DNA of 64,000 nt from Daphnia carinata (lineage: Eukaryota), in NCBI RefSeq assembly GCF_022539665.2, contig NC_081331.1, positions 3,224,001 to 3,288,000 of the forward strand. The letters run 5' to 3'. The position numbers and the translations under genes were made by a program. Shown one piece after another: positions 26,024-39,499 of the stretch; position 1 is the stretch's first letter; each line of letters starts with the position of its first letter. The notes beneath the pieces were generated by a model, which had not been told where the DNA came from, searched no databases, and was given only the letters and a program-made list of their open reading frames with translations.

Positions 26024-29000
26024 TATGAGAGGGAGTTCCAGCATATCGCGGTACATCCAAGAGTCGCTTTTCCACGTCTCCCTCCCCACCAGAAAAAAAA
26101 AAAAAAAATTTCTGCCTGTCTGTCAGCAAAAAAGAAAAAGAACTGGGAATGCGCGTGATTGCCCTTTTCTGAGCTGCCGCGTCTGTTGTCTACGCGCGGA
26201 ACCCCTTTTCTTTCTTTTTTTCCTATTAGAAACGTGGGAGAGCCCAAAAATTTCTTTTTTTTTTTTTTACAGGTCAAGAAAAGTGGGAAAGATAAAGACA
26301 TTAAAAAAAAAAAGAAGAAGTTGCCTTGTACATTTTTTTTGTAAGGCTAACGCCGTCGTCCTAAAGGAGGTCTGACCGTTGATATGTTTCTTTTTGTTCA
26401 GACTAGCGCTCTGCTGGCGATCCGCTAAATGTATGCGACCTTTTCCTATTCCTGACATTTAACATCTTCTTCCATTTTCGTTCGATAGCGTTTTCGTTGA
26501 TATTTCCATCACGCAAGAGGCCAAAAAAAAAAAAATAATAATAAATAAATAAATAACAACAACCGGCCAATCGATAGAACAAAGGGAACTATTTATGCGC
26601 GGGTGGTCATCATCGGGATCGTAAAGATCCTTCCCTATTTTTCTTCTTACTTTTTGTTTATAGGTAAACAATTATTTTTTTTTTATTTCCCCTGTATCCT
26701 GCGGTTCTTCAGTTCTTTAAGAAACGCATTTTTTTTTTTTTTTTTTGTCTTTATTATTTAGTAAATCTGTTCACAAGGGGGAGTTTTATTTTCTGTTTGT
26801 TTTCTTATTGCGTGGGTTTATGATGATCGGAGAAATTATTGATCGAGCATGTCTCTTCAAGTTTTAACGTTCGCTAAGGCGAGTCGTTAACCCCCGTACG
26901 ATTATAAAGAATTGACAGATATGTATATACATATATGTATATATAAAAAAAAAAAAAAAAGGATTTTGAAAAAGTTCCATTGCCGCATTAAATCCGAGAT
27001 TTCTTGGAGCAGATTAAAATATTATCAGTGCCAACTTGGCTCTTTTTCTCGTTATCTCGAACGTCTCTCCAAGTTGACTTGCAAATTACACATTCTTCAT
27101 AGTTATGAATATCTGAATTTCTAAAAAAAAAAAAAAAAAAAACAAAAAAAAAATAACATCCTTATCCTACTGTTTACCCGCACGCCGAAAATACACACAC
27201 ACAAAAAAAAGCCTTTAAATGTCTTTTTGTTATCTTAGAAAGTTCAAGTCGATACGTTCGTAGAATGCGCGTCTCTTTACATCAAAAGCCCGACCAGCGA
27301 TACCACGGTCAATACATAAGCCTCCGTTTGATAGCATTACGTATATACTTTTAAAGACTAGACTATACGTTACATAAAAAAAAAAAAGGGCAACCTCTCT
27401 CCCCTCTTCTAAGAAAAAAAAAAAAAAATGAAAAAAAAATGAAAGGTCAAAATACTTTGATGACAAGCCGGCAGGCAGACACGACATGTACGCAGATGAA
27501 GCACCTGGCCAATAATGATGGTGGTGGCGGTAGTGGTTACAGACGGCTTATACAATTTCGGATACAAAAAAAAAAAAGAATCTACTTGCCCCTCTAAAAA
27601 AAAGAGAAGAGGGCCACTTGGACGGTATAAACTAAACACACCGGCAAAGATAAGGGGGGGGGGGGGAAATGAAAATTCATTTTTCTTTTTTACAAAATAA
27701 ATAAAACCGAAAATAAGAGGAATGATGGTATTGAAGATATAGTCATCCTAAGCGGCTACTTTCAATGTCTTTGCCGATGCGTCGACAAAATTCTTGAAGA
27801 GAGAAAAGGAAAAAAAAAAAAAAAAAAAAAATGAAAGTTGTAAATAAATGAGCTCGAAAGGTCTCACAGTCGGCCACCGTCGCTTGATATTATGAAGCGA
27901 CATGAAGGAGAAGAAAAAGAAGATGTTTGTAGTCTGAGAAGCAGTAGGGGGTGGGCAAGGAGGGAGGAGACCTAGAGGGGGGTGGCAACATGTGGAGCAC
28001 CCTCTCATTTTTCATCATAAGCTTTTTTGCTAAGGTAAAAACTAAGGTAAAAAAAAAAAAAAAAAAAAAAAGGCTAGATAGGTAAGATATACAAAGAATA
28101 ATAGCATAGAAAAAAGGAAGGTAAAAAGCAACAAGTCGCTTGCTGGGGTTCTTTCTTTCCCCCCCCCCCCCCATCTTCTTCCTCCGTCGGGGCTTGAAGA
28201 AGACATCCCGCTGAGAAACGGTGATGGGAGCCACAAGCTGAGCCCGCTCCGCCCCATTCTTGTCTACGTACTACTCTATCTCCTTTTCCGTCTGACAGCA
28301 TTCTTTTTTTTTTTTTTTTTTTAAACGAAATACGAAAAAAAAAAAAAAAAATGTTTTGCCTACATCTTTCTTGCCTCCCCTTCTCTCATTTTTTTTTTTC
28401 CATGTTATTGTTGTTGCTCTTATAACAGAGTCGTCTCAGAATGCGCTAGGTCCTTTTTTTTTTTTTTTTTTTTTAATGACTTCATTTTCTCCCAAAAAAT
28501 CTTTAAAAAAAAAAAAAGGAAACCTGGACAAGTCGTAGAGCATCACGACCGATGGATATCTCATGGAACATTCTTTCCTTCTCGAATTTTAGAAAAAGAA
28601 ATGAGAGCTAAATGGCTATTTATTGTTAGGATGAGTATACACTTATGGCGTAGCACTTGTATCTTATCTCACTTTTCCCGTTGTTAAGGTTTAATCAAGC
28701 GTGTAACACACGGAAGAGTAGAACTTGGGGGGAGGGGGGAGAGGAGAGAGAAAGGAGGATTATCCTGTACCCCCTTTAAAAGGCTCTTCGGCGGAGAAAA
28801 TTCGGTGGTTACAACTACCTTTAGCGAACAGCGCGTATAGATTCGAGATGACGGCCAAACACGCCTACCTATTTTTTTTTCTTTTCTTTTCGCTTGGCCA
28901 GCGTTCCGTACAAGTTGAGACGGTGGCAGAGACCAAAAAAAAAAAAAAAAAAAAAAAAAATTTTTATTTGTTTTTTTTTTTTATCTGATCAAAGTTAACA

Positions 29001-32000
29001 TTAATGTTTAAAAAAAAATGAATTTAGCGAAATGAAAAAAAAAAAAAAAATATATATAGCAGTCGGGATCGATGGCCTTTTTTGAAAGCAATAAAAACAC
29101 GAGCTATAGCGCGGTAATAAATCCGACAAATTGGTGGCATATATACGTACACACCTGTGTGACGCTGTACCGGTGTGTGTACCATCTAGCGCACTCAGTT
29201 TAACCCTCCTGGGAAGCATTCGCTCAGGCGGCAGAGCCTTCAAAAAAAAAAATACAAAAATACAAAAATTTCTTCAACAAATAGGGCCAATATAAAAAAA
29301 AGAAAAGGAAACCGATAGGATTGAGGATCTGATTGAGAACATCGAGAGAGGCCAAGTTCGTGTCGCGCCTAGGTATCCTTCATTTTTGTTTGTAAGTCTA
29401 CAGCGCATGGAAGATCCTTTTTTTTTTTATTTTACAGTTGGGGGGGGGGGGGTTAAAGTTGAAGAAACTCAACAAACACATCATCGTACAAGAAAAAAAA
29501 ATAAATGAGGGGGGTTCTGTACGCGATGCCAGAGCCTCGTAAAAAAAAAAAAAAACAACAAAGAAATTGAGGACTATAAAGTCGTGGACTGGCTGAGTTG
29601 GGCACGAACGAGCTTTAAACATATTTGGTCCCTCACAGTTTGTTTTTTTTTTTTAAATTCTTTTTCCTAACTTTACTAAGATGCCAGAGATATATAGATG
29701 CAGTCAGCAGTGCCCCCCCTCTACCACATTTGTTATTGTATTTTCCCCCCTGAAAAAAAAAAAAAAAAATCCCATTGTCCGTGACAATAACAAAAGGGAA
29801 AGAAATCTGTACTGTAAAGAAAGGACACGGCCAGAAAAAAAAAAAATAAAATAAAATCTTTTCCTCTTTTAAAAACATTTCTGACTGCGTGTTATCTCTG
29901 CGCACTTGTCGTCGAACAGGAAAAATAACAACTGGAGGAACTTCTTTGTACTTTCTTCTTTGCCTTTAAAACGTCACAGCAACCGGTAGCTGGATAGAGC
30001 TAAAGCAGTTGACGTTTTTTTAAAAAAAAAAAAAAAGCTGATAATGTGTCTCGACCTACGACCTCCAGCATTTTCGGTAGGGTTTTTGTTAGCCCGTAGG
30101 ATAACGTTTCTTTTTTTTGGGGGGGGGGAGGCAAAAAAAAAAAAAAAATCTAAAGTAGTTGATGGAAAGGGTTTAGGGAGGAACAGATTCGAGTCTAATT
30201 CTTTCAACCAGCACAGAGGAATGAAAAAAAAAAAAGAAGTACAAGCTGGGACAGGAAATGACACTGTGAAAACGAAGAGTATGCCTTCGACAAATGTCAA
30301 ATGCGTTATTTTTATATCGATCGATGGTGGGAGGGTGTTCTCCCCCCTCTCTTTTTCGATGTCATGAATACAAGTCATCAGCCATAGGAATGATAAAAAA
30401 AAAAAAAAAAAAAAAAAAGGTAAAGAATGTCGAGGTTGTGTGTGTGTGTGTGTGTGCCTTTCACCAATCATCACCCCACACGCACATACGCACACGTACA
30501 CACACGCAGAACTCGGAGAAATATTTTTGAAAAAAAAAAAAAAAATGGGAGAAGTTCTTTTTTTTTTTTTACTTATTTCGACAGTGCGGGGTATTTATCC
30601 GAGAAAATTCCGGTTATTTTCTATCGTTGTTGTTACTGTTGGTTAAAAAAAAAAAAAAAAAAAGACCTCCCCGGAGTCGAGTGAATCGTCTACCACGATT
30701 TCCTTTTTTTTTTTTTTTCTTTCATCTTCATGGGAAAACGTCTCGTTACGAAGAAATACGTTAACAGTTGCCGAACTACCGCTGCGTGTACCTTCAACAC
30801 ACACACACACATCGCAAGAAGGCGAAAAAAGATGAAAGAAGACGATAAAAAAAATTAAAAAAAACGAAACCGAAAATGTTTTTGTCCCATTTCTCAAGTC
30901 AGATGGAAGAAGAATGTTTTTTTCTTGTTTCATAATCATCCCCTGGAAAGAAAAAAAAAAAAAGGGGGGCCCCCAAAATAAGAAGGACCACCCAATGAAT
31001 TGAGACATCGTCCGCGTTTTCTCTTTTTTTTTTTTCTTCCCCAACTATACTAAACGCGCCCGTTCTCGCGTGTGTTGAGCAAGACGTTGCTGGATATCCA
31101 TTCGGCTGCTGGCCGTGTGATGAAAAAAAAAAATAAAATAAAATACCAGTTTTTGACCCACCTAGCGCACCTCTCCCGCTCACATTTTGAAAGAACGTAC
31201 AAAACGCAACAGCTTTTGTTCTCGCCCATTTTCTTCTTCTTTAGTTTTGCACAATCCCAGTGGTGTCGTTATCCTTCGTCCATAGGACGAAAAGAACGGG
31301 CGCGAGCTCTCAAACACCTTTACAGAGGATGAACATCCTATAAACATGTTTCATTCCATTCCACAGCGTTAAAGAATTTCTTTTGAAAAATAAAGAAGCC
31401 CCTCGGCCCGTCTATACGCGCAGACGTTGCGACAAAAGTGAAGCATTTAAAAAAAAAAAAAAATAGGCCGACGAATGGCTCAGTTGAACGAGCAAATTGG
31501 GTTGCATTCTTGCTCGTCAATCATCGATCGTGAGGACAACACAAAAAGACGATCGCAGAGTAAGACATTCTAGTTGAATAAAAAGAAAAAGTGGGGGGCG
31601 GGGAGGACGTTCTTTCGTTCGCCTATTCGTTTTGGAAAACGCGCTCGTAAAAACGCGGATGATAATAGCGTCGAACACCTGTCGGAGTTACCAGAAGCCC
31701 TCACAGTCGGTGCAGAAACTCGCAACATTTTAAGACTTTGACGACTTCATCGAGGTCGAGAATTTCGTTTCCTTTAAAAAAAAAAAAGCCGAGCAAAAAG
31801 GGGGAAAAGAAAGGAGATGATGAAGATGTTTTTGAGATAGTTGGAAAAAAAAAATAAAAAATAAATGGCGCGCCACCTGGCCATTTTCCGAACGAGCTAC
31901 ACGAGTTCACCTTTAACACGGGGCTTGAGGGGAGGAGAGCCAGGCACACACATACACACACACAAAAAAAAAATGGAAAGGCACTAAAGAGAGAGAGAGA

Positions 32001-35000
32001 GAGAGAAACAACGAAAAAAAAAAAAAAAAAAAGGATCAGATATAGACGTAGAGATACCTCGTGGGAGGGTGGGAGGGAAAAGGCATTCCGGTTGGGATAC
32101 TCGAAGCGGATAATCATCCGCTTGATGAGGGCAACGCGCATAATGAGTGGGTGTTGCTGTTGCAACCCTTGGAAGAAGAACTCGCATAGGTACAAAAAAA
32201 AAAAAAAAAAAAAAAAATGGGCAATAAGACAGAAAGAAAAGTATGGGGGGGAGAAGAGATGATTGGAGAGGGGGGGGAGTTAGATGGTGAAGGTGGGGAG
32301 GAGCGAATCGTGATGCTCAAGAAGGTGGAAGAAAGGTACGACTGCTACTATACGATAAAGAAAACAACAAAAAGAAAGAAAAGGAAGAAAGAAAATAAAG
32401 GAAGACGAAAAAGAAATAAAAACGGACTCGTTTCTACGAGATAGCAGCAAAAGGTAGTAAGAAGAAGAAGAAGAAGAGAGGGCGCGGCCCACCCAGGTAT
32501 CGAAGGTTAGAGTCGACCACCCATCGGTGCTGGAACTTGCTCGGGGAGTTTCGGGCTGGGCCGATTGGTTTTTTTTTGTTGTTGTATATACTTCGAACGA
32601 ATCCCTTCAGCTGTACAACGAAACAGCACCAAGATGCGACTTTTACGTGGTAGAAAGAAGACAATTTTCAACAAAAAAAAAAAAAAATAATAATAATAAT
32701 ATAAGTAGCCTATCGTCTTTCATGAGGGCGCCCCTTCTTTCCTTCTTTTTATGTTTTTATTCAGAATATAAAAGTATACACGTCGTGGCTAATCAGCATA
32801 CACCTGAACGGGTTCTTTATTTTTCTATTGGGAATCGAATATCAAGATGTCAACGGTCCACACTTTCAAGACTACCATGTTTTTCAAGAACACAAGGGGA
32901 GGATAGAAAATCGAATCTATTTACGACCGAGCTTGGAAATGAAGTGAAATTCTCCGATTTCTTTTTTTTTTTTTTTTAAATTAGAAGAACATGTTGCGCA
33001 TTTAACAGGTTCCGGCAAAGGTCTAAACGCGCGCCATCTGTTACCTTACATCGTGGTCATCCCTATGTAATATTTTTTTTAAATTCAAACCAAACCGCAA
33101 ATGTGAAACGGGACGTCATTTTCAAAAACAAAAGAAAAAAAAATTGCACAATCGTAGAACGTCGACGATGTAATTGAAGCAACGAGATGGCGTTCCTCGG
33201 GGTACCATACCCGAAATCATTGGCCTTCACAATTTCGTTTTACTTTAAACAGCGGCTTTCGAAATTCATCGTTTTCCTTTACTCAAGCAACGACATGCGA
33301 ACACATCAGCTGTGTTTCTTTTACTTCACGAACGCGTAGCTAGACACAGCGCAAGAGGATAGGACATGTATACAGTCCCCCCAATGGGAAATCTTTGATT
33401 TTCTTTTTTTTTTTTTTTGTTCGCTGTCTGTTATAGCTGAGAACCTCCCCCCCCCCCCCCCTTGCGATGGTACACGAGAGTGGCTTTGTTTGCGGTGGGG
33501 GAAAACGCGTGATAATATCGTGTCTTGATGGGTAAAAACAAAAACGCCTTTCCTCTTCAGACATGCCTGCAAAATCACACAGATTTCTCGTCTGCTTGTT
33601 TTAATGGAGCATCGACAACGGAGGGGAAAGGAAAACAAATGGCGTAACGAAACCATTTGGGATGGGCCTTCGTAGACTTGATTAAGATCCTTATTTATTA
33701 CGTAAGCAGCGGAAATCAAAAGGTTATCGTGTACTCTTTAGGAGAAAATAAAAAAAAATCGAATCGATTATTCGTTTTTGGAAGAAATTACTTTTGCATT
33801 AACGACGGAAAAATGTAAATGTTATTGCGAGGGTCTAAAACAAAAATGGAGGGGGGGGGATTGCGGATGGAGCTTCCGGCTGCCAATAGTTTCATCTTTT
33901 TTTTTTTTTTTTTTTTTCAAAAATCATTTGCTGGTTTTTGATGGATAGTGTCAGAGCCAGCCAGGAAAACACACAAAGCCATTTGCCTTTCCAAATATTC
34001 CATTTCCCTGAACAACACGAATAAGAAGCTTATTCTTTCAATCATTTCTTTTTTCTTCTATGCTATTCAGAAACTGCCTTTTTTCTTTTCTTCCACAGAT
34101 TATGAAGTAGAATAGAAAGAAAAGTCATTGTGCACAGGTAGACAGTAGATCACTAACCACCAAGTTTAAAAAAAAAAAAAAAAAAAAGGGAGTCCCATCA
34201 AACTAATCCGCCCCCTTTGCTTGATTTTCAATGCATTTTCGAGACACACAAACGGAAACGTCCCCCCCCCCCCTACCAAAAAAAAAAAAAATAATAATAA
34301 TCATTTAATAATTATCCCCCCCCCCCTATTAACTTCGAGGTGTTTTGGGAGGCTCGCTAAGTAGTAATATAGATCTCTCTAGACCGGAATGTCACCTGTC
34401 AATCCCCCTCGCAAATAAAGAAGATTCCTCGGAAGTCTATTGACACACTAACTCCATGGAGAAAAGAAAAAAAAAAAAAAAAAAACTTGTTGGCCTGGAT
34501 CACTAGCGATGCCCAAGTTTTTTATGTTTGTTTTTTTTTATCCATGGTTTCTTCTTCATTTTTTCTTTTTATATTCGGAGCTGCATACCAGTTAATGCAT
34601 GAACGCAGTTAAGAGATATAATATAAAAGTTTGGGGTGGGGGGAGGGGGGGGGCGTACGTTCTCTCTGGAGAAAAGAAGCTGCTCGATGACGTCGTCGTT
34701 CACGTATTTTCCCTTCTCTTTTTCCGCTATCCCGCGTGCACTGAGCTTACAGTAGCACGAAACTCTCTCGACTCATATCAAAGATGGAAGCCTTTCTATC
34801 CTGCCGTACTTCTTCTCTTTTGTTTTCTTTTCTTCTTTACTTGTCTCGCGTGTATACACTTTTCGTCCATCTGTCCGTCCATTCCATTTTCCCCGGAGAG
34901 ATCCACCTTGGGCGAAAAGGGATTATATATGCGCTCGTAGTATTGTAAAAGACTCCCGAAGTCTGCGGGTAACCCAACAAAAAAAAAAAAAAAAAAGAAA

Positions 35001-35300
35001 AAAAAAGAAAAAGAAAAGCCAAATGGGGCGGAGCCGCCGATGACTCCCTCCGGTGAGAGATCCAGGCCAACTCTGACTTATGGACGGACCGGAAACTCAG
35101 TCCGTCGAGCTGGGCCACTAAATATCAAGACTACCCCGAGATGTTTCGAGCGAGAGGTGAAAAGGGGCGCCAGGGATTCTGATGCACCCCCCCCCCGCCC
35201 TTTTATTTGAAAAGAAAAAAGTAAAACTCCCTTACCACCGTCTTCTACCAGCACCCCCCTTGTGGCTCTTTAAAAAAAAAACTTGACTCGAGAAAAGGGA

Positions 35301-35332
<32 letters not shown>

Positions 35333-35559
35333 TGGATCGAATAGGGAGAAGAAATGAAAGAACTTTTCTTTTTAAAAAGACCCTCTCGAGCGTCTGCGGG
35401 ATTTTCTCGGGACGTCACCGACTCCCACTCATCTACTGGGCTGAGACATCGGGCTAGAAAGTACAGCGAATATAAGAAGAGACGACCAAGACTTTGGCCG
35501 CAACGTGAAAGCGGATGTGGGGAGGAAGAAGGCTATATAGTTCTCTCCACTTGGGATTC

Positions 35560-35612
<53 letters not shown>

Positions 35613-35882
35613 AATCCTCTAGCGACGTGAAACTCTCTCGGTCCAAAATGCACTCACGAAAAAAAAAAAAAGAAAAAAACTTAAGTAACGAAAAAAAAAA
35701 TAAAAAAAACCTTCGATAAGTCAAATCGAATAAGCATCAAGATAACAGACACGAGTATCCAGCTCTCATTGTCAATTTTCTCTTGTTAGTCACGAGGACC
35801 TGTCTCTCTCCATCCACGGCACATTATAATTAGAAACAAACAAACAAAAAAACGGACACTTTCTGTAGATAAAAAAGAATAT

Positions 35883-35915
<33 letters not shown>

Positions 35916-36050
35916 AAGAGCCTGACGTTGATATATAAGGAGAGACTTGTCATTCTTTTTTCTTTTTTAATGACGGGACCATTTTCGTGCGTTCACCCCT
36001 TGTCCCACCTTGTCCCACGAGTAGAATTTCTTTTCTCAACATCCTTTAAC

Positions 36051-36081
<31 letters not shown>

Positions 36082-38717
36082 AGAGAGAGATGCTGAGAGT
36101 GTGTAACATAAAAAATATATAAATCCAACGTCCGTTGCCTTTACGAAAAATCGAAAGCTTTCACGTTGCATATTTGAATCGCCCGCTTTGCACGGCGCCA
36201 ACTCCAACTTTGCTTGTCTACACGAGAAAGAGCGAACACACACATTTTTTTCTTCTTCTTCTTCTTCTTCTTTTTCTCCCCCCCCCCCGCCCTTGCCGCA
36301 AAGTTTCGACTTTGCTCTATATACATAAGTCTCCTACTGGTCGGGGCTCGGTGCGCACACACTATAAACACTCTAGGGAATTTTCATATTAATCACATCT
36401 CGAGCGCGCAGATCAGAAAACCCGGTTGTGCCAACACGCAGCAGCGGCCAGAGCAAACGGCATGCGACTTTAAGAGATGGCCCCCAAAAGTAGTTTGCAC
36501 GCAGCCCGCCCCTCTTTTCCCCATCATCCACTTCCATCCCAGTGGTTGTGTGTGTGTGTGTGTGTGCTTCCATTTTCAAACATCGTCCCTTAAAAAAAAA
36601 AAAAAAACTCTTTTTCCTTCTCTCTCTCTTTCTTAGAGATTTTCAAATCTCGCGGGGGGGGGGGGGGGGGGTGCGTCCGCTCCCGTTGGCCGAGTTGCAT
36701 CGTGCGCTGATGGCGGATCGAAAAGGGGCATGCATTTTTACACAGTTGAGTTGATGACTTAAAAGGGCCATTTTAGATTAGACCTTTTTTTTTTTTTTTT
36801 TTCCATTCATCAGCGTTCGATAAGCGCTTCTCATTTTTTTACACGTGAATTGTGACGCCATAACGTGATTTTCAAATTATTCAAACTCTTCCCGCATTTA
36901 AAGTTTTTTTGTTTTTTTTTTAGGAAAAAAAGAGAGAACGACTGAGACGTGAAGGGAACAGGTTGCAGTTGAAACGCAACTCAACTCGTATCTTTAAATT
37001 TCGGGACAAAAAAAAAAAAAAAAAAAAAAAAAAAGAAAAGGAGGGAAAGTCTATAAAAGCCTCTTCCGCTGTTGGACTATCGCCTGGTGCGCGTCGTGGA
37101 CGATTTCGAATGCAAATTGGAATAGGGCGTCTAGGGAAAGAAACGTAGACATAGTCTTCCGTCTGAGACAGACACACCCAATAATGCAAAGTCGTTCTAC
37201 ATGCAATACTCCTACTTGCTCAGCCTTCGATTCTCCCGAGGCGTGGACGATCCTCAAGACTTGGCAATAATACTCTGCCGCATCTTCCTCCCTTATTCAA
37301 ACATTGTTGTCTTCAATTTAGAATCTATCCAAGTGTTACATCAAAAAGTAAAGCATCGATATGGCCAGCTAAACAAGCTTATTTTTTTGTGTGTGTGTGT
37401 GTGTGTGTGTGGCCTTATCGAGGTCCCAGGGCCAACTCTTATTGTCAGAACATTTAAACTCAAAATCCCATACCAAAAAAAAAAAAGGCAGATGAGGATC
37501 CCTTTTTAAAACTGTGATGTAACAACCGACGGCTGTACTGCATTTAGACATTCTTCAACAGTCTTCGCAACAGCCAGACGAAAGCAACAAACTGTCAGAA
37601 TGCCTAATGCTCTTCCCTTGCCTTTCTGCTTGATGTCCTTACATTAAAAAGACAGACTTAAAGACACTCTCTTTTTTTCCCCCCAGTTTCCTTATAAAGG
37701 ATGAGAGGCCTTCGCGTTTTATTCGATTGGCGCTAACATGGTAACGATCACGACACGCAAGGTGAGTTGATGTCTCGGTAGAAAGAAAAAAAAAACGGAC
37801 AGAAAGATGCAGATATCTAAGGTCCTGTGCCTTGGTCAACGAACAAACAAGACGAGAACAAAAACAAAAAATGTTGAATGGCTTTTTTAAAGCGATTTGA
37901 GCTTGGACTTGAACACAGTACAAAAAAAAACCTGCATTTGCCTGTCGCAGAAGGTGGTCCCCACCTTCTCTCCCGTGGCTCTCGCTGTTCTTTCCCCATA
38001 GATTTTTTTTGGACTGTATGTGTTTTCAGTCCGCAGCATGAGGTAGATTGGTTCTTCGCTTATAGTCTTTTCCGGCTCTTCAGACCTGTCCCGTATGTCT
38101 TTTTCGCCCTGCCCTCGTTCATTTTTTTTTTTTCCCCCTTCCACTATCTAATTTATCTCTTCAAGTTGTTTCCCCCCCCCCCCCTTCGTTTTTTTCTTAA
38201 TGCACGTTGTGTGTGTGAGGAGGGTTGTTCTTTTCGCACTGTTCCAGAGATCGCAATCATATTTGACCTGCTGGCTTTTTGTTTCTTTTCGCTTCGGGCA
38301 GATACGAAGTACAACGGAAGAATAAGGGGAAAAAAAAAAAAAAAAAGAGGAACGAAAGGAGGGAGTCTCGTTTAAGATCGGATAAGATCTTTTCGCCTCG
38401 TGTCACTGCACCTCTTTTTAAATACAAACGTACATTGACAAAAAAGAAAAAAAAAAAAAAAAAAGCTTTACCTCTTCCTCCGACTACTTCTTAACTCCTT
38501 TATCTTATTTGATTTTATTTAACGACCGGGGACGCGCTGCATCCCAAAGTCACCCAAACGCATTTAACTGTCAATAACGCACGCTCTTAAAAGAGTTTTC
38601 TTTTCCCCTTTTCCAAACTTTAGGTAGGAAAAAAAAAAAAAAAAAAAGATTTTTTTTTTTTTTTCTTAACATTTCTTTTAACGGCTTGTGAGTGTGTTAT
38701 GCCAAGAGTTCCAAGGT

Positions 38718-38748
<31 letters not shown>

Positions 38749-39463
38749 CCCATTCAGTTTGTTGGCGGGACTTGATCGCGACTGTGATTTCGCATATCCT
38801 ATACGCGTATAGGAAAGTCACCTTCGCCACATAAAAGGTACTACGAAAAAAAAAAGGAAGAGGGCCAGCAGGAAAACAAAAATCACAACAACAGAAAAGA
38901 CGGAACACGAAAAGAAAAAAAAAAAAAAAAACTATCCATGTCTTTATAGGCGCCACACCCGTTGAGTCAACAAAAGAAAAGCGCAGATATATGGCGACCA
39001 TCAACGCCTACTGAAAATGGCATTCGTCTAGTATAGTAAGCGCTATATACATAACTGTGCGGAATGTTATTGTGGCTTGTTGCACAAGAGCAGACAACAC
39101 ACACATGCCGAACAGTCAAAGGTCAAAAAGAAAGAAAAAAAAAAAAAAAAGGTGCAACAAAATGCCTACCCAAAAGCAAAAACAACAATCTTTAACACAG
39201 ACCAATAAATTGCACGAGTCATGGCTCTGAATTTAAGACGTCCAAGTGGCTACCAATCGCAGACCGGGATGAAATTTCTCAAACGCATTTCGAAATAGCC
39301 TTAACGCTCGAAAAAGTTGCGTCATCTCGTAGAAAAGAACAACATTCGAAAGGGACGACACCAGAGTGTGTGAACAATCCTCTTTTAATGAACTCGTCCC
39401 GTCATGCAACACATAGCCGTGGCTTAAAAACGAACCTGTACATCGCAGCTTCTCTCATTTTCG

Positions 39464-39499
<36 letters not shown>

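Noticed and set aside
35561..35610. A50 run as a retroposon tail
   Set aside because: No target-site duplication or element body, and it sits among many similar runs.
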